NCBI RefSeq assembly: GCF_047606365.1
Contig: NZ_JASGEN010000039.1
Location: forward strand, 344-64,343
Reading direction: 5' to 3'
DNA length: 64,000 nucleotides
Origin: Micropruina sp.
GTDB taxonomy: Bacteria; Actinomycetota; Actinomycetes; Propionibacteriales; Propionibacteriaceae
The notes beneath the pieces are model-generated. The model was not told where the DNA came from. It saw only the letters and a list, made by a program, of their open reading frames with translations, and did not search any database. Below are positions 63,355-64,000 of the stretch, one piece after another. Both the position numbers and the translations under genes were made by a program. Each line of letters opens with the position of its first letter. Position 1 is the first letter of the stretch.

Positions 63355-63412
63355 CCGGGTCGGGCTTGTCGAGACCCGAGCCGCGCAGATTTCGACAGGC
63401 TCGAGCAACGGC
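63355..63412. repeat. REP-like family 1 inverted pair
   Basis: GGTCGGGCTTGTCGAGACC...ATTTCGACAGGCTCGAGC. Confidence 0.75.
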
Positions 63413-63450
63413 TGGTGGCCGTGCGTGCGCCGGAACGGCATGCTGAACCA

Positions 63451-64000
63451 GTGGAAGCCGAACACGTCGTCATCCTGCTGACCGCCGTCCTGTTGTGCGT
63501 CGCGGCGACGTCGGCGCTGAGCGGGCTGATCCGGGTCGCCGCTCCCCTGCTGCTGGTGGTCATCGGCGGGGTGGTCGGGTTCCTGCCCGGCGTGCCGAGC
63601 CTGGAGGTCGATCCCGAGTGGATCCTGATCGGCGTGCTGCCCCCGCTGCTGTTCTCGGCAGCCGCGTCCATGCCGGCGATGAGTTTCCGCCGGGAGTTCC
63701 GCTCGATCGCGGGCCTGTCGGTGGTGTTGGTCGTACTCAGCAGCCTGTTGCTGGGCTGGTTCTTCAGCGCCAGCCTGGACATCTCGCTGGCCTGGGGCAT
63801 CGCGCTGGGTGCCATCGTCAGCCCCACCGACGCCGTCGCCACCGCGATTGCCCGCCGGGTAGGCGTCCCGCAGCGGGTGCTCACCATGCTGGAGGGTGAG
63901 AGCCTGCTCAACGACGCCAGCGCGCTGGTGCTACTACGTTCGGCGATCGCCGCCGCGGCCGGCGGCATCGCGCTCGGCGGAGTCGTGCTGGACTTCCTGT
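63451..64000 (+). CDS. Na+/H+ antiporter, CPA1 family (3' truncated by window edge; not in the ORF track)
   Basis: GTG 63451 opens a frame with LPPLLFSAA, LGAIVSPTDAVA, LEGESLLNDA. Confidence 0.9.
   Translation, partial: MEAEHVVILLTAVLLCVAATSALSGLIRVAAPLLLVVIGGVVGFLPGVPSLEVDPEWILIGVLPPLLFSAAASMPAMSFRREFRSIAGLSVVLVVLSSLLLGWFFSASLDISLAWGIALGAIVSPTDAVATAIARRVGVPQRVLTMLEGESLLNDASALVLLRSAIAAAAGGIALGGVVLDFL

Noticed and set aside
1-64000. Prophage, integrase, transposase, tRNA or rRNA genes
   Set aside because: No ORF with such motifs and no recognisable structural RNA found on manual reading

Overview
High-GC actinobacterial chromosome. The serS/Cof/WhiB-HTH/DUF4921/DUF1707 neighbourhood suggests Propionibacteriaceae (inference). 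The window is mostly metabolic: a two-permease ABC exporter, a nitrite assimilation locus (nirD divergent from nirB, GlnR boxes, NnaR-like regulator), serS, a Dyp peroxidase and lipid/cell-envelope enzymes. It also has an alpha-galactoside/fructoside utilisation region (GH36, GH32, two ABC importers, two LacI, galK), alr, a PTS/mannonate-dehydratase-family/GntR module and a 2-oxoacid dehydrogenase E1/E2 operon. I found no integrase, transposase, phage gene, tRNA/rRNA or CRISPR array. Intergenic DNA is rich in at least three palindromic repeat families. The best novelty candidates are: (1) a 762-aa TyrA-like/unknown/PheA-like fusion with altered catalytic motifs; (2) a PTS EIIBCA paired with an enolase-superfamily dehydratase and no phospho-glycosidase, flanked by a duplicated operator pair; (3) a lone VTC protein with systematic Lys-to-Arg motif changes; (4) a REP-derived mini-element with a 10-bp flanking direct repeat; (5) an RHH antitoxin whose toxin has a single nonsense codon. 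Family assignments come from motif recognition by eye; no database search was run.
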